Shown here piece after piece: positions 20,689 through 29,422 of a stretch of DNA of 64,000 nucleotides (positions are counted from its first letter, which is position 1; each line of letters begins with the position of its first letter). The notes below the pieces were generated by a model. That model did not search any database, was not told the origin of the DNA, and saw only the letters and a list, made by a program, of their open reading frames with translations. The DNA comes from Patescibacteria group bacterium (GTDB taxonomy: Bacteria; Patescibacteriota; WWE3; UBA101185; UBA10185). The translations under genes were made by a program, and so were the position numbers. The stretch is from assembly GCA_041658075.1 (NCBI GenBank), contig JBBAAW010000002.1:602-64601 (forward strand). Reading direction: 5' to 3'.

Positions 20689-21369
20689 TTATAGCATCTT
20701 GGAAATCAAAACCGTGTATTCGCCTCTAATTTTTTGGGTCGACATTTTATGGAGCAACTCGCTTACCCTTCCGCGTTCAAATTTTTCAAACATTTTGGTA
20801 ATTTCGCACGCCAAACAAACTTCCCTGTCGCCTAGAGTATCCAAAATTTCTTGCAGTAGTTTTACGACTCTAAACGGCGATTCGTAAATTACCAAGGTTG
20901 AATCCAGCTTTCCAAATTCCTTTAATATTTCCGTTCTTTTGCCTTGCGACTTGGGGAGAAAACCCACAAAGGAAAACTTATCCGTGGGCAGTCCTGATGC
21001 GGATAATGATGCGGTTACTGCAGATGGACCAGGAATCGGAATCACGGAGTAACCGGCGTTGATGACTGACCTCACCAGCTTATAACCGGGATCAGATATC
21101 AAGGGCGTACCCGAATCGGATACAAGAGCAATTGTTTTACTTTGGCGCAGTATGTCCAAAATTTCCTGCAACGCGCGGTCATGATTTTGGTCGCGATAGG
21201 ATTTTAACAGCGTAGTAATTTGATACCGGTCAAAAAGTTTTTTACTTTGGCGCGTGTCCTCACTGAAGACCGTATCCGCGGTCTTTAAAACAGAAACCGC
21301 CCTGTATGTTATGTCCTCCAAATTTCCAATTGGAGTTGCAACCACATACAAAGCGTTTGTTTTTTCCAT
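20689..21369 (-). CDS. rsmI: 16S rRNA C1402 2'-O-methyltransferase
   Basis: LYVVATPIGNLEDIT, EDTR, VSDSGTPLISDPG and YESPFR motifs. Confidence 0.93.
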   Translation of the reverse strand: MEKTNALYVVATPIGNLEDITYRAVSVLKTADTVFSEDTRQSKKLFDRYQITTLLKSYRDQNHDRALQEILDILRQSKTIALVSDSGTPLISDPGYKLVRSVINAGYSVIPIPGPSAVTASLSASGLPTDKFSFVGFLPKSQGKRTEILKEFGKLDSTLVIYESPFRVVKLLQEILDTLGDREVCLACEITKMFEKFERGRVSELLHKMSTQKIRGEYTVLISKML

Positions 21370-21378
21370 TTTTAGTTT

Positions 21379-22152
21379 TTATTTGACTTTGTTATATGCA
21401 GCTTCTACCTCACTAAGTGGAACGGCTCCAGCGAGTTTTTCCGCAATTTTCTTGCTGGTGTTAATGATTACAGCTCCTGGAGTCCCGTATCCTCCACCTT
21501 CATTTATAGCACTTAGGAACTGTTTACCGCCATCACTAGTGTCATTAATCTTCTTATCAAATTCAGTTGACTTTATGCATGAAGCAAAAGCAGCGCTGTT
21601 TAGACCAAGCTGTGTGCCGACTTGCACTAAATCAACGTTATTTAAGTCAGTCGCTCCAAAAACTATGTCCGCATAGGTCCAGAACATATCCGTTCCACCC
21701 AGTTTAACTGCACATTCACCGGCTTTAGCCCTCTCAACAGCAAACTGGTGAAAATCTAAAGGTAAGGCTCTAAACACGTAGGCTACGTCAGGATATTTTG
21801 AAAGAAATTCCTTAGTAGTTGGATGAAATCTTGCGCAAAAGGGGCACTGAAAATCTGAGTATTCGATTAAGACAATTTTTGCGTTTTTGTCACCTTTCAC
21901 ATGATCGGTGTCAGTAATTTTAGGAAGAAGATCGTAAATTTCTTTTGCCGACTTAGCTTTTACTGCAGTTGGCCGTGTTCCTGTAGCGGTTCCCGTACCT
22001 GTTCCAGTATTTATTGGTCGAGCACTAAAATATCCTTTGGCAAAAAAACCTGCTGCAATGGCTACAACTAAAATAAAAAACGAAATTCCCATAGCAACAA
22101 AGTTACTTAAATAGACGCCATCTTTTTTAATTTCTTTTTCTTTTGACTCCAT
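21379..22152 (-). CDS. DsbA/BdbD-like thioredoxin-fold oxidoreductase
   Basis: N-terminal TM, EYSDFQCPFC active site, GTP cis-Pro loop. Confidence 0.85.
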   Translation of the reverse strand: MESKEKEIKKDGVYLSNFVAMGISFFILVVAIAAGFFAKGYFSARPINTGTGTGTATGTRPTAVKAKSAKEIYDLLPKITDTDHVKGDKNAKIVLIEYSDFQCPFCARFHPTTKEFLSKYPDVAYVFRALPLDFHQFAVERAKAGECAVKLGGTDMFWTYADIVFGATDLNNVDLVQVGTQLGLNSAAFASCIKSTEFDKKINDTSDGGKQFLSAINEGGGYGTPGAVIINTSKKIAEKLAGAVPLSEVEAAYNKVK

Positions 22153-22176
22153 TTTTACTCCTTTTAGAAACTAAAT

Positions 22177-23073
22177 TTATAAACTAAAAAATTTACTGAG
22201 TGATTGTAACATATTTGTCAGATAGTACTTTGCATACGGTAGTGGATATTCCACGATATTCCCTCCAAACTGCATTTTATAGTCGCTATAATTCCTCCAT
22301 CTCTTTGTTTGACCTTTTAAACGATCGTCAGAAAGCCCCTCCATATCCATGGTGGTATAGCTTCGCTGTTTAAAACACTTAATACATTCCCACATAAGTT
22401 GGTAATTTCCACAGCTTTTTTCACCCGGTTTTGTTATTCCTGAATACATGTACCAAACACAACCGTTAAAGCCTAAAAACATTTTTGCCCCCAAAACCTC
22501 TCCTCTCTTGCTATACGCAGTACAAATGAACGACTCTTGCCCAAAACATTTGATCTTTTCTACATGGTCTAAAAACGATAGCGTGTAAAATTGTGTTTTC
22601 TGGCTTCGTTCTTTTATTACTTTATAATATTTTTCTATCTGCTCTTTGCTGGGGTTTTGAATTATTTCTACTCGATTGTTATTCCTGCACGACTTATTAA
22701 TACAGTACCTACAGTCTTTTGTTAGATTTTTCCAAAGTACATTTTCATTCAGTTGTAAATCTATAAAAGCAGTCCTTGGCGGAAGATCTATCCCTCCCCT
22801 TCTCTTGTAACCAAAACTATCTAGAACAGTTAAGTCCTGGTTTACAGAGGGCGATATTTTTATATAAACTACTTTATTTACCCTGCAGATACGTTCGATT
22901 TCTTCTAAGTCATTAGTTGTTAAACAATATGCTCGATGAATTTTCGCAATGCTAAAAAATGGAAATTTAGCGACGCGTACTATCCCACCGCCGTGAAGGG
23001 CATACGACGTCCAGCTATACATTTTTAAGTAATTTGACCAGGCGTCGCTCTGTCTTACATCTACAATATTCAT
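22177..23073 (-). CDS. FemAB/FemX-like peptidoglycan bridge aminoacyltransferase (GNAT fold)
   Basis: QSxxW start, IDLQLNENVLW...RYCI, YMYSG, YQLMWE and YKMQFGG motifs. Confidence 0.75.
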   Translation of the reverse strand: MNIVDVRQSDAWSNYLKMYSWTSYALHGGGIVRVAKFPFFSIAKIHRAYCLTTNDLEEIERICRVNKVVYIKISPSVNQDLTVLDSFGYKRRGGIDLPPRTAFIDLQLNENVLWKNLTKDCRYCINKSCRNNNRVEIIQNPSKEQIEKYYKVIKERSQKTQFYTLSFLDHVEKIKCFGQESFICTAYSKRGEVLGAKMFLGFNGCVWYMYSGITKPGEKSCGNYQLMWECIKCFKQRSYTTMDMEGLSDDRLKGQTKRWRNYSDYKMQFGGNIVEYPLPYAKYYLTNMLQSLSKFFSL

Positions 23074-23346
23074 TTATTCCGTAGAATAATCTATTTCCGG
23101 ATAATTAGCCCGAATTTTTTCCCAAAACCTGTTCGCCAAATTAACGGAAAAATTTGAAAAATGAGTGCTTTCTGTTTTTGAACAAAGAGCGTCTTCGTTG
23201 CGATGAATCACACGCAAAGCTTTACGTTGAACTTCTTTAAAATCTTCGGACTTAAGATTGCTGCTTTTTAGCTTTAGTTCCTCAAACGCTTCTTTGTTGT
23301 TTTCTAGCATTTCTTTATATTGTTTTTCAAACTTTGGAGTTGACAT
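23074..23346 (-). CDS. Small hypothetical protein
   Basis: ORF abuts the FemAB-like gene; ATG 23346 follows a TACAAT box. Confidence 0.55.
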   Translation of the reverse strand: MSTPKFEKQYKEMLENNKEAFEELKLKSSNLKSEDFKEVQRKALRVIHRNEDALCSKTESTHFSNFSVNLANRFWEKIRANYPEIDYSTE

Positions 23347-23619
23347 GTGTTGTATTGTAATCCAGAACAATGAGTTATGTAAACGCTGAACATACGGTAT
23401 TTACTTTCAATTAGAGTTGGACACGGAATTTAATGTATGGGTACACCTAAAATTAACCAAGCAACTCACGATCAAGTCAATTAGCCTGGACCGAACGACA
23501 AAATCTTTTTCTACCCTAAGGAATACTAGGTCCATTTACAATGTACTAATCCTAATCTAAACCAAATTATTAAAGAAATCCAAATTTTAATAAATGTAAT
23601 AAAACACGGTTCAATATCT

Positions 23620-24392
23620 TTAAGTTATACGATCCAATATTAAATTCAATGCTTCTTTTTTTAAATCGCCTACTAGGACATCATCTTTTAATGAATTAAA
23701 AGTATACACTTCACCGTTTGCTGCTATAAAGCAATAAGACTCGGGATTACTTCTCATTTTACGAATTCGAATAGTTAAATTAGGAAATAACTTGACCATT
23801 TTTTTAGAGATAGTGTCAAAAGATCTTTCAGTTAAATAGAACTTATCCTTGTAAATTTTACCTCTGTTTATAGGGTTAAACTCCAATAGTGACCAGTATT
23901 TAAGAGGCTTTCCGGTTAAAGCTTTTCCTATGCTCTCAATATCCTTGCAATTTACTTTGGTAACTAATGTTTTGACATTTACTTCTACGCGCAGTGATTT
24001 AAAAAGATCCATTAATTCTAATGTATGGCTCACATAGGATATGTTTTTCGCATTGCGCACCCCATTTGTTTATTTGATCCATCCAAAGATAAACTTACTC
24101 TCGATACCAACGGGGAAATCTTTTGTGCCATCGGTGCATCAATTCGTAAGCCATTAGTATGCAAAACTACCTCTATACCGGCCGACTTTATTAACTTGAG
24201 AATCTTTAATAGATGCTTTGAGATAGTTGGCTCTCCGCCACTTAGTGTTACTTTTTTTATACCTGACTTTATGATTTCTTCAACAATTCTCTTGGACAAT
24301 CCCAGCTTTGGAGACACCATTCTTTTGTCCCAGAAACAGAAATCGCAGTTTAAGTTACAAGAGTTACCAAATAGGTAGTGGATTTCGTCCAT
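23620..24392 (-). pseudogene. Radical SAM protein split by a single frameshift
   Basis: CNLNCDFC and SGGEP in 24030..24392 continue in 23620..24060; one extra A in the A5 run (T5 at 24044-24048 on +) restores ...AMRKNISYV... Confidence 0.75.
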
Positions 24393-24513
24393 ATCGTAAT
24401 TATATAGGTTCTGTGCAAATATCGAGAACGTTTGAAGTAATGTGCTAATTCTGAATTGGTTCGATTAACTGTTAGGAAATACTCAAAAGGTGTTGTAACA
24501 ACAACCTAAATTT

Positions 24514-24526
24514 TTGGGGTGGCCTA
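24514..24526 (-). repeat. 13-bp direct repeat of the tRNA-His 3' end (att-like)
   Basis: TTGGGGTGGCCTA occurs at 24514-24526 and 25051-25063. Confidence 0.7.
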
Positions 24527-24552
24527 TAGTGCGTTAATCGAACTAATGGATA

Positions 24553-24608
24553 CCAAAAAGACGTCTGAACTTCTCGACTAATGATCGAGTTGTTGAAACG
24601 CCTTTTGG
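24553..24608 (-). terminator. Long 3' hairpin after the orphan gene at 24618..24971
   Basis: Minus strand CCAAAAGGCGTT...CTCGA-TCATTAG-TCGAG...GACGTCTTTTTGG. Confidence 0.55.
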
Positions 24609-24617
24609 GCAGAAATC

Positions 24618-24971
24618 TCACCTACCACTCCTTGAGTTTTGGATGCTGCTTCGAGGGATCGCCCACCCTCCTCTCAAGTGAATCATGAACGACGCGCCGT
24701 TGGGATATGCAGATTCAAATTTGATCTTTCCGTCCTCCAACCGAAGGTTCTTTATGACCCCACACATGCCGTTGGCACCTCCCTTAACCAAAACCCAATT
24801 GTCCCGGTCCTTGTCATAACGAGCAGTCCACTGGCACGCGATATCAATCTTTTCTCCTGTTCGCGTGATGTTTACGATAGGACCAACGTAGCGACCATTT
24901 GTGCAGTTCGTCTCCAGGTACCCTCCCACCGTATCCGTCCGCCCAAACAAACCGTTCCAAGTTAGGTTCAT
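24618..24971 (-). CDS. Orphan 117-aa protein in a tRNA-His islet
   Basis: AGGAGG SD and TATAAT upstream; GC-richer than its flanks; 3' hairpin. Confidence 0.7.
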   Translation of the reverse strand: MNLTWNGLFGRTDTVGGYLETNCTNGRYVGPIVNITRTGEKIDIACQWTARYDKDRDNWVLVKGGANGMCGVIKNLRLEDGKIKFESAYPNGASFMIHLRGGWAIPRSSIQNSRSGR

Positions 24972-25051
24972 GCGTTCCTCCTATTGGACATCTGGCTCGT
25001 GAATCTTAGGCAATTATATCAAAATGGATTGGTTAAGAAAATATAGGTTAT

Positions 25052-25127
25052 TGGGGTGGCCTACGGGGATCGAACCCGTGACATCCGCCTCCACAGGGCG
25101 GCGTTCTGCCGCTGAACTAAGGCCACC
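25052..25127 (-). tRNA. tRNA-His(GUG)
   Basis: G-1, GTGGCCT/AGGCCAC acceptor stem, CCGCC-CT-GTG-GA-GGCGG anticodon arm, C73, CCA. Confidence 0.95.
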
Positions 25128-25159
25128 ATAGAAAATTTGATTGTCGCGATGATTTTACC

Positions 25160-26575
25160 TTAAAAGGACCAGTTATTAAAGTCTAAGAATCTATCCGCCA
25201 AAGTAAAAGTATACTTATCACCCATCCCCTTAATTTTGTTGCTAACGTAGTAATTCATATACGGATGATGTAAAAATATCGTAGGAGTATTCTCACTCAC
25301 AACTTTTTGGAATTCGTTGTAGTGTTTAAGCCTCATATCAACATCTAATTCTTTACGACCTTCCTCTAAAGCCCTGTCCCCACGAGTACTGTTAAAACCG
25401 CTAAGATTAAGCCCTGGAGTTTCTGATTGAGTGGAATGCCAATTAACATATCTGTCAGGATCTCTGCCCACTTCCTGTCCATAAAGTAAGATGTCAAAAT
25501 TCCTAGCCTCAATAATCTTTTCCTTTATTTCGTCGGAGGTATGTTTTGCTATAGTAACATTAGCGTTTAACTTGTCCTCCCAATTGGATTTTATTTTGTT
25601 GGCTATCTCCAAAAGCGCCGGCGTATTAGGAACGTCAATCTTAATTGCCTTTCCCAAAAGGTCGTACGATACGGTCTTATCATAATTGCTTACTTTGTAC
25701 TTTTCACCGGTATAAAAACTTCTACTTATAGGTCCCTCCACGGGAATCCCCTGCCCAAAAATTACCTCATCCACATTTAAAGATTTTTCAAATTGATTTC
25801 TAAGCTCCAAATCTTTAAACGACTCATTTCTTAAGTTAAAAAATAACGCATAATAAACACTTTGAACAGGATATTGTTTGAGCGATAAAGTTTTATCTAC
25901 CTTAAAGCCGGCTGTATCCTTTAACAAAAAGGCGTGAATTTCCCCCATTTTATAGGCAATAGTAAGCTCTTCCTCGTTAGGATAAAATCTAAACACCAGC
26001 TGTTTAATATTTGGCGATTTTGTATCCAGCAAAATCACCCGTTTAACAAGCTCGCCCTTCTTTTTTACACTAGCGACTCTAAAAGGACCGCTTGTGGGGA
26101 TGTAAAAACCTTGATATTTTTCGTCAGACTGATTTTTCATAACCCCAACAGTGAGTAAACTCAAAAAGGGTGAAAATTTGTTGGGAAGTGTGTAACGAAC
26201 AGTCAAGTCGTCTATCTTATCCGTAGCTACACCACTTAAATTAGGGGTTTTGTAAGAAGTGTATAAAAGATCGTTGGCATTTATTTTTGAACCGTCACTC
26301 CAGAACTGATTGTCCTTAATAGTAACTGTATAAATAAGTCCTTCATTTGAGACTTCCCATGTTTCTGCCAGATCGGGAATGAGTGTTCCAAAGTTGTCGT
26401 ATTTAAAAAGACCTCTATACAGAAGTTTGGAAATGGTTTTATCAATCTCGGTTTGGGTTCTACTTGGTAAAAACGACGCGGGCTGACCCACAAATCCTTC
26501 TACATAAGATTTAAATGGAATTAGTAAATACACGAGTGATAAGAAATATAATATTATTAATTGTATTATATGCAT
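25160..26575 (-). CDS. ABC transporter substrate-binding protein, family 5 (Opp/Dpp-like)
   Basis: LYRGLFKYD...PDLAETW...WSDG signature; SGPFRV; DPDRYVNWHS. Confidence 0.85.
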   Translation of the reverse strand: MHIIQLIILYFLSLVYLLIPFKSYVEGFVGQPASFLPSRTQTEIDKTISKLLYRGLFKYDNFGTLIPDLAETWEVSNEGLIYTVTIKDNQFWSDGSKINANDLLYTSYKTPNLSGVATDKIDDLTVRYTLPNKFSPFLSLLTVGVMKNQSDEKYQGFYIPTSGPFRVASVKKKGELVKRVILLDTKSPNIKQLVFRFYPNEEELTIAYKMGEIHAFLLKDTAGFKVDKTLSLKQYPVQSVYYALFFNLRNESFKDLELRNQFEKSLNVDEVIFGQGIPVEGPISRSFYTGEKYKVSNYDKTVSYDLLGKAIKIDVPNTPALLEIANKIKSNWEDKLNANVTIAKHTSDEIKEKIIEARNFDILLYGQEVGRDPDRYVNWHSTQSETPGLNLSGFNSTRGDRALEEGRKELDVDMRLKHYNEFQKVVSENTPTIFLHHPYMNYYVSNKIKGMGDKYTFTLADRFLDFNNWSF

Positions 26576-26590
26576 TGCAATTGTACTTTA

Positions 26591-26666
26591 TGGTGACCCC
26601 GGCGGGATTCGAACCCGCGATATTTGGCATGAAAAGCCAACGTCCTAGCCGCTAGACGACGGGGCC
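26591..26666 (-). tRNA. tRNA-Glu(UUC)
   Basis: TTGGC-TT-TTC-AT-GCCAA anticodon arm, GGTTCGAATCC, ACCA. Confidence 0.95.
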
Positions 26667-26731
26667 GCAGCAAGAGTACCCAAAAGTCTACCAGTCTTGA
26701 CAAAATATTACAACTTAGACACAATGGAAGT

Positions 26732-26875
26732 ATGAGTTATTTTGGTGATAGTGATGCGCAGTTTGCTATCAAAAAATTACTAAGCGCTTTGGCCAAGCCG
26801 GCCGCTATTATATTGGCTTTTGTGGCTTTAGTGCTTTTTTTAATGAAAGCCGTTTCTGGCATTAGCGCAAGATAG
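26732..26875 (+). CDS. 47-aa single-pass membrane protein (not in ORF track)
   Basis: MSYFGDSDAQFAIKKLLSALAKPAAIILAFVALVLFLMKAVSGISAR*; fills the gap between two tRNAs. Confidence 0.5.
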   Translation: MSYFGDSDAQFAIKKLLSALAKPAAIILAFVALVLFLMKAVSGISAR

Positions 26876-26928
26876 AACTTCCAATAAAATGTGTTAAAAT
26901 TCTGACGTCACAACGGTTAAATCCTTGT

Positions 26929-27003
26929 GGGGGCGTAGCTCAGTGGCAGAGCAGAGGACTCTTAATCCTTTTGTCGTGGGTTCAAATCCCACCGCCCTCA
27001 CCA
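26929..27003 (+). tRNA. tRNA-Lys(CUU)
   Basis: GAGGA-CT-CTT-AA-TCCTT anticodon arm, GGTTCAAATCC, ACCA. Confidence 0.93.
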
Positions 27004-27015
27004 AATTTAAAGCCC

Positions 27016-27101
27016 GCCGGAGTGGAGGAATGGCAGACTCGCTGTCTTCAGGAGGCAGTTTCCGCAAGGAAGTGCGGGTTCAAGTCCCGCCTCCGGCACC
27101 A
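27016..27101 (+). tRNA. tRNA-Leu(CAG)
   Basis: GCCGGAG/CTCCGGC acceptor stem, CTGTC-TT-CAG-GA-GGCAG anticodon arm, long variable arm, ACCA. Confidence 0.95.
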
Positions 27102-27104
27102 AAT

Positions 27105-27953
27105 ATGCCTCAAGGTCAAGGTAAAGCACAAGTTTTTTATCCAATAGCATTAGTCGGAGTTATATTAATTCTGTCTCTGGTTCTTACTAAGTCCCCACAA
27201 CAATTAAAACTTCCCTGGTTTCAATTAAAAGAAGCAGAAACAAAACCTATTAGAATCCTGTTTCCAAAGTCGACCAAGAAAGCCAAGATACCTATACTTC
27301 TGTATCATTATGTGGAAATTGTTACAGATAAAAACGACTTTTTACGCACAAAACTTGCCATCACACCTCAAAATTTTGAAAATCAGCTTGTAGCATTAAA
27401 AAAGTCGGGCTACACTTTTTGTTTTATGAAAGACATAGGCACAATTTTAGATGGCAATGGAAAAAACAAACCCGTTATTATTACTTTTGACGATGGATAC
27501 AGAGATTTTTATACTGACGCTTTCCCCATTTTGAAACGTCAAAACGCAAAGGCTACAGTTTTCATAAATTCCGGCTTAATGGGTCGACCTAATTATATGA
27601 CACAAGATCAAGTAATAGAGGTACTTAATAGCGGCTTGGTGGAGATTGGAGGGCACGGGTTTTCACATCAAAATTTAACCAGCATAGACCTTGAATTAGC
27701 AAAAAAAATAGTGAGCGACGATGTTGCTAATATCAAGAAGACATATAAAGTAACCCCCGTGAGTTTCTCTTACCCTTACGGAAGCTATAACGACAGTATT
27801 AAAAAAGTGGTTAGCGACGCGGGCTATAAATACGCGGTAACTGTGGAAAAAGGCTGGACTGTACAAAACACCACTCTTTTTCAAATCCCTAGAATTCGTC
27901 CAGGCTTGGCTGGAAGTGAAAATTTGGGCGACTTTTTAGACTCGCTGCAATAA
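27105..27953 (+). CDS. Polysaccharide deacetylase (CE4/NodB, IcaB-like)
   Basis: PILLYH, ITFDDGY, HGFSH and SYPYG motifs; the ORF-track 5' extension is tRNA sequence. Confidence 0.85.
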   Translation: MPQGQGKAQVFYPIALVGVILILSLVLTKSPQQLKLPWFQLKEAETKPIRILFPKSTKKAKIPILLYHYVEIVTDKNDFLRTKLAITPQNFENQLVALKKSGYTFCFMKDIGTILDGNGKNKPVIITFDDGYRDFYTDAFPILKRQNAKATVFINSGLMGRPNYMTQDQVIEVLNSGLVEIGGHGFSHQNLTSIDLELAKKIVSDDVANIKKTYKVTPVSFSYPYGSYNDSIKKVVSDAGYKYAVTVEKGWTVQNTTLFQIPRIRPGLAGSENLGDFLDSLQ

Positions 27954-27984
27954 GATAATGTATAATCTATGTGTTGCTGAATTT

Positions 27985-28068
27985 GGGCGAGTGGCGGAAT
28001 GGCATACGCGCAACGCTAAGGACGTTGTGGGGCAACCCATGCAGGTTCAAGTCCTGTCTCGCCCACCA
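27985..28068 (+). tRNA. tRNA-Leu(AAG), with A at wobble position 34
   Basis: GGGCGAG/CTCGCCC acceptor stem, CAACG-CT-AAG-GA-CGTTG anticodon arm, Leu-type long variable arm, A73, CCA. Confidence 0.9.
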
Positions 28069-28072
28069 CAAG

Positions 28073-29305
28073 ATGCAAAACTTTAGAATTAAACTGCCTA
28101 CAAACGCCTCTCTACCAAAGTTGGTCCCGTTAATAGTTCCCTTAGTTGTACTGATGCTTTCTGACTCAATTATCGCCTATTCGGTACCTATTTACGCTCA
28201 AAACCTTTTTTCCAACGACTTTTTTACCGGACTTGTGATATCTTTCTCTTCCTTAGTCGGACTGGTTTTTGACTTTCTAAGTAAACGGCTTTTTGGTAGT
28301 AAAAACTTTTCATTTTTCATTAAGTTCACCTTTATTTTGTTGATAATAGTTTCTTATTCCTTGGGGCTTTCTTTTATTAATAAATACATCTTTATATTCG
28401 CAATGGCTATTTGGGGTATTTACTATGAAACTCTGGCCTTTTCCAACTTTAAGTATCTTAAAAATTTCGTGAATTCTAATGACTACACATTTTCCTGGGG
28501 ATTCATCAGCATGCTAAGAGCGCTCATTTACGGAATCGGTCCTTTAATTGCCACGGTATTGATTTCCAAACAGCTCCAATTACCCGCGTATCTTTGCGGA
28601 ACCTTTGTTTTGCTCGCGTTCTTTTTATATCTTGCATTATTTAATAAAGAATCAAAAGCCCCGGCACAAGCTACTAATACTACGGAGTCAAAGCAGGAGT
28701 TAAAGGTATGGTTTATGTTGTTTAAGAAGATTTATCCCATTTGGGTACTGAATCTGACTCTCGTCCTTATCGATTCAGGATTTTGGACTATCGGTATACT
28801 TATGTCCGAAAATTTGGGAAAAGCGTCTCCGTTAGCTAAACTTATTATTCCTTTATATATGCTTCCGGCTGTAATATTTTCCCCTCTTTCTCAAACAATC
28901 TCTAGTAAATTCGGCAAAAAGAAAACTGCAATTGTCACGTCATTTATTGGTGCATTTTTCTTGGTTTTTACGGGACTAGCTGTCAACATCGAGCTTATTC
29001 TTCTTGCGATATTTGCATATTCAGTTTTCACATCTGTGGCCTTTCCTGCTATTTGCGCTACTTTTGAGGATTATGTCAGTCGACTTGGAAACTTTGATAC
29101 GGATCTTATTGGACTTGAGCAGTCGTCCGGCAACTTTGCATATATTATTGGCCCGGTATTAGCTGGTTTTATTGCTTTACACCTTACCGAACAAAAAGTA
29201 TTTTTAATCTTTGGACTTTTGCTTGCACTCATCTCCTTCCTTGCCCTTATCATTACGCCACGTAAGATAAAGATGCCGCTAAGTAAACTTTTAAAAATAT
29301 CATGA
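28073..29305 (+). CDS. MFS transporter
   Basis: About 12 TM segments; SSKFGKKK loop motif; IIGPVLAG. Confidence 0.8.
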   Translation: MQNFRIKLPTNASLPKLVPLIVPLVVLMLSDSIIAYSVPIYAQNLFSNDFFTGLVISFSSLVGLVFDFLSKRLFGSKNFSFFIKFTFILLIIVSYSLGLSFINKYIFIFAMAIWGIYYETLAFSNFKYLKNFVNSNDYTFSWGFISMLRALIYGIGPLIATVLISKQLQLPAYLCGTFVLLAFFLYLALFNKESKAPAQATNTTESKQELKVWFMLFKKIYPIWVLNLTLVLIDSGFWTIGILMSENLGKASPLAKLIIPLYMLPAVIFSPLSQTISSKFGKKKTAIVTSFIGAFFLVFTGLAVNIELILLAIFAYSVFTSVAFPAICATFEDYVSRLGNFDTDLIGLEQSSGNFAYIIGPVLAGFIALHLTEQKVFLIFGLLLALISFLALIITPRKIKMPLSKLLKIS

Positions 29306-29329
29306 TTATGGTATAAAAGTAGGGCGTTT

Positions 29330-29404
29330 GCGAGAGTAGTTCAGTGGTAGAATGCTTCCTTGCCAAGGAAGAGGTCGCGGGTTCGAACCCCGTCTCTCGC
29401 TCCA
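29330..29404 (+). tRNA. tRNA-Gly(GCC)
   Basis: CTTCC-TT-GCC-AA-GGAAG anticodon arm, U73, CCA. Confidence 0.95.
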
Positions 29405-29422
29405 TATTAACCAAAAAAAAAA

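Noticed and set aside
21975-22010. GTGTGTATGT low-complexity repeat in the DsbA-like protein
   Set aside because: Ordinary flexible linker between the TM anchor and the catalytic domain.
24639-24965. 108-aa plus-strand ORF in the tRNA-His islet
   Set aside because: The opposite-strand ORF has the promoter box, AGGAGG SD and 3' hairpin; this one has none.
26925-27104. N-terminal extensions of ORFs at 26925, 27971 and 16296
   Set aside because: They are translations of tRNA genes; starts were moved to the first ATG after the CCA.
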